A stretch of DNA of 17,305 nt, taken from positions 1 through 17,305 of the forward strand of contig JAQBUT010000042.1 in assembly GCA_027623195.1 (NCBI GenBank), in the 5' to 3' direction. Shown here piece after piece: positions 15,608-17,305 of this stretch. Made by a program: the position numbers and the translations under genes. Source of the DNA: Chloroflexota bacterium (GTDB taxonomy: Bacteria; Chloroflexota; Dehalococcoidia; Lucifugimonadales; JADFKI01). Positions within the stretch are counted from its first letter, which is position 1. The number at the start of each line of letters is the position of its first letter. The notes beneath the pieces are model-generated. The model did no database searches. It was not told where the DNA came from and saw nothing but the letters and a program-made list of their open reading frames with translations.

Positions 15608-15907
15608 TTATGAATTTTGGACCTGGTTGTTGTCTTCGGTTGATGTAGCGTCCACTATAGCCTGGGAAAGCTCTCTCGCCCCTGGCATACGGCCATCAAC
15701 CCAGGACTCGCCGAAAATGTAAGCCACGCCGGGCACAACGATGGCAGCGCAGTGGGCAGGGCTCAACTCTATGCCGGCGACGGCGCAAAATACGAGTGCA
15801 CCGGCTGTTCCGACGCCAGTCAGCCATTTGCGGCTTAGAAGACGCCGATTCCTGTCATAGTCATTGGTTATCTGTTTAAAACTCGGGCCCGAAAACCTGT
15901 TTGTCAT
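15608..15907 (-). CDS. Small two-TM protein resembling a phage holin, 99 aa
   Basis: AGGAGG (15918-15923) supports ATG 15907 rather than 15967; LSRKW followed by two hydrophobic segments ending VAYIFGESWVDG. Confidence 0.6.
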   Translation of the reverse strand: MTNRFSGPSFKQITNDYDRNRRLLSRKWLTGVGTAGALVFCAVAGIELSPAHCAAIVVPGVAYIFGESWVDGRMPGARELSQAIVDATSTEDNNQVQNS

Positions 15908-15967
15908 ACTCTGTGTACCTCCTGTTGTTAGATAATTTCGAATTTTCTGACTAGCGACCCACGGCAT

Positions 15968-15976
15968 AATCTAACA
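15968..15976 (-). promoter_or_regulatory. Possible extended -10 promoter (TGtTAGATT) for the holin-like/MFS/oxidoreductase genes
   Basis: Fits TGnTAnnnT in an AT-rich gap, 60 nt upstream of ATG 15907. Confidence 0.4.
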
Positions 15977-16038
15977 TAATGGAGGTATTTCGTTGATGAA
16001 ATTACAATATATGCGCCAATGTGGCGTTCTCTAAAACT

Positions 16039-16902
16039 TCAAACCTCAAAAGACATAAGCTCGTCGGCGAAAAGCAACTGGCCGCTGTAGTGCTCCCTTA
16101 CGTCGCCGATACCCTTTTCCATGGGGCCGTGCTGGGACAGGTGGGGTCCGATGTGTACCAGCACAAGCTTTTTCACACCGGCGGCTTGCGCCATCTTGGC
16201 CGCGCCAATAGTACCGCACTGGCCTGGGGCCTCGCCATCCTGGTCCATGATTTCCTGGTCGTCCCAGCACATACACAGCATTACGTCGGCGTTCTTCGCC
16301 AGCTCTGTTACCGAGTCGCAAGGTTGGGTATCGCCGGTGAATACCACGCTGCCGTCCGGCGTGTCTACGCGGTATGCCAGCGAATCCAGGAACGGCTGCA
16401 CATGTTCTGCCGGGGCTGCGGTAACCTCCCAGTCCCGACCGGAAAAGACCTTGCCGGGTCCGATATCCTTAGCGATTACCTCCGGCGGCTTTCGAGGCAG
16501 CGTCCCTCCGCGGTTTACGTGAATCTTCTGGCTAAGGGGATGCCCGACTCGGGCCTGCCAGTCGTGGGCGAAAAGGCCCTCGTTCTCGTCCAGTATGCCG
16601 TGCGTGATCTTTTCCGTCAGAGTGGGGCCGAAAACTTGTAGGGTATTCTCGGTGCCGACGCTCTGGTCCCAGCGGCACAACAGGAAGCATGGGTAGTCGA
16701 TGTCGTGATCAAAGTGGTGGTGCGTGAAAAATAGCTGATCGATGTTGGTAGGCCAAAGTCCGGCCTTGACCAGCTTGTGCGTCGCCGCAGGACCGCAGTC
16801 GATCATAAATTGCTGATCGCCAACCTCCACAGCAAAGGATGAGCCGAATCGGGTAGGCGTGGGTGTAGGCGTACCTGCGCCCAAGACGTGTATTTTCGTC
16901 AT
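16039..16902 (-). CDS. MBL-fold metallo-hydrolase, RNase Z/ElaC/arylsulfatase (AtsA)-like
   Basis: LGAGTP, IDCGP, THHHFDH (HxHxDH), FTGDT, A..AGVKKLVLVH; SD GAGGAGG upstream. Confidence 0.92.
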   Translation of the reverse strand: MTKIHVLGAGTPTPTPTRFGSSFAVEVGDQQFMIDCGPAATHKLVKAGLWPTNIDQLFFTHHHFDHDIDYPCFLLCRWDQSVGTENTLQVFGPTLTEKITHGILDENEGLFAHDWQARVGHPLSQKIHVNRGGTLPRKPPEVIAKDIGPGKVFSGRDWEVTAAPAEHVQPFLDSLAYRVDTPDGSVVFTGDTQPCDSVTELAKNADVMLCMCWDDQEIMDQDGEAPGQCGTIGAAKMAQAAGVKKLVLVHIGPHLSQHGPMEKGIGDVREHYSGQLLFADELMSFEV

Positions 16903-17295
16903 GGCGTTGGTTTAGTCCTCCTCAAGTCCAAGACTTATAATTTAGGTGGAAGAGCAGGCCAAGTTTAGCAGGTAACGAAGGCGTATTTCCATTTTTAAGA
17001 TGGGAGAACTGCTGCCAATTGCAGTAAGGCAGGAAAGGGACGTTTGTATTAGGGCTAGTACGTTGGCCGCTCGAAACCTCGTGAATGATAAGTTCCTTAC
17101 AAAAACACGAATAATCAGATGTGTAAACTCTGGGTAAAGAGTTCTGAATCGTGGAAACCGCCAACAGGATTTCATAACGCCTTAATGAAGTAAGCGATAA
17201 CTTCTAAAGGGTAGCCTGAGGTGGTATCGGTTTTTTAGACAGGTAGCTAAGAGAGAGTCCCGCTCCTAAAATGACAGAAATAAAGGAGCAGGAAA

Positions 17296-17305
17296 ATGAA
17301 ACAAT
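17296..17305 (+). CDS. Probable start of a gene running off the window (MKQ...)
   Basis: AAGGAG (17283-17288) followed by ATG at 17296; only three codons visible. Confidence 0.45.

Noticed and set aside
1022..16641. Numerous alternative-frame and antisense ORFs (e.g. 1022-1447, 3149-3784, 3661-4251, 5749-6408, 7756-8280, 12005-12598, 14137-14877, 16021-16641)
   Set aside because: They overlap well-supported genes, have no recognisable motifs, and are expected shadows in GC-rich coding DNA.
16039..16902. Calling the MBL hydrolase rnz (tRNase Z)
   Set aside because: The motifs support only the ElaC/AtsA-like family; no clear tRNA-binding exosite and the HEAT motif is replaced (LCMC).
16922..17175. 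Minus-strand ORFs of 77-80 aa in the terminal intergenic region
   Set aside because: Two overlapping frames with non-protein-like composition and no SD; treated as non-coding.
1..17305. Intact prophage or contractile injection system explaining the fibre-like, holin-like and tail-like genes
   Set aside because: No capsid, terminase, sheath, baseplate, integrase or lysin genes; the pieces are scattered among housekeeping genes, and the fibre-like proteins have export signals unlike virion proteins.

Overview
Bacterial chromosomal window, moderately GC-rich. Gene content and style suggest Chloroflexota, probably Dehalococcoidia/SAR202-like (inference only). Left to right: a small coiled-coil orphan with its own terminator; a 5'-truncated fragment resembling a phage tail-completion gene; rplY (L25/CTC) convergent with a mandelate racemase/enolase-superfamily gene across an 18-bp bidirectional terminator; a tightly coupled three-gene surface-protein operon (2972-6741); an Rv0959-like VWA/MIDAS protein; a HExxH membrane protein; a stand-alone VirB11/TadA-type ATPase domain; a membrane pair (single-TM protein plus six-repeat DUF5671-like protein); a minus-strand cluster (MBL hydrolase, holin-like small protein, MFS transporter, ThiO/DAO-family oxidoreductase); and the first codons of a further gene. 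The best candidate for an undescribed system is 2972-6741. Two exported proteins share an ungapped 97-aa 'QG...LW.E...G.F...LG...PR...PYA' domain resembling the N-terminal module of bacterial tail-fibre-like adhesins, but carry unrelated 7-repeat propeller heads. They flank a signal-peptide/short 'GGG..GQ..GF' motif/Pro-Thr stalk/GGACG-TM protein that could be their membrane anchor. I found no rRNA, tRNA, CRISPR array, integrase or transposase.
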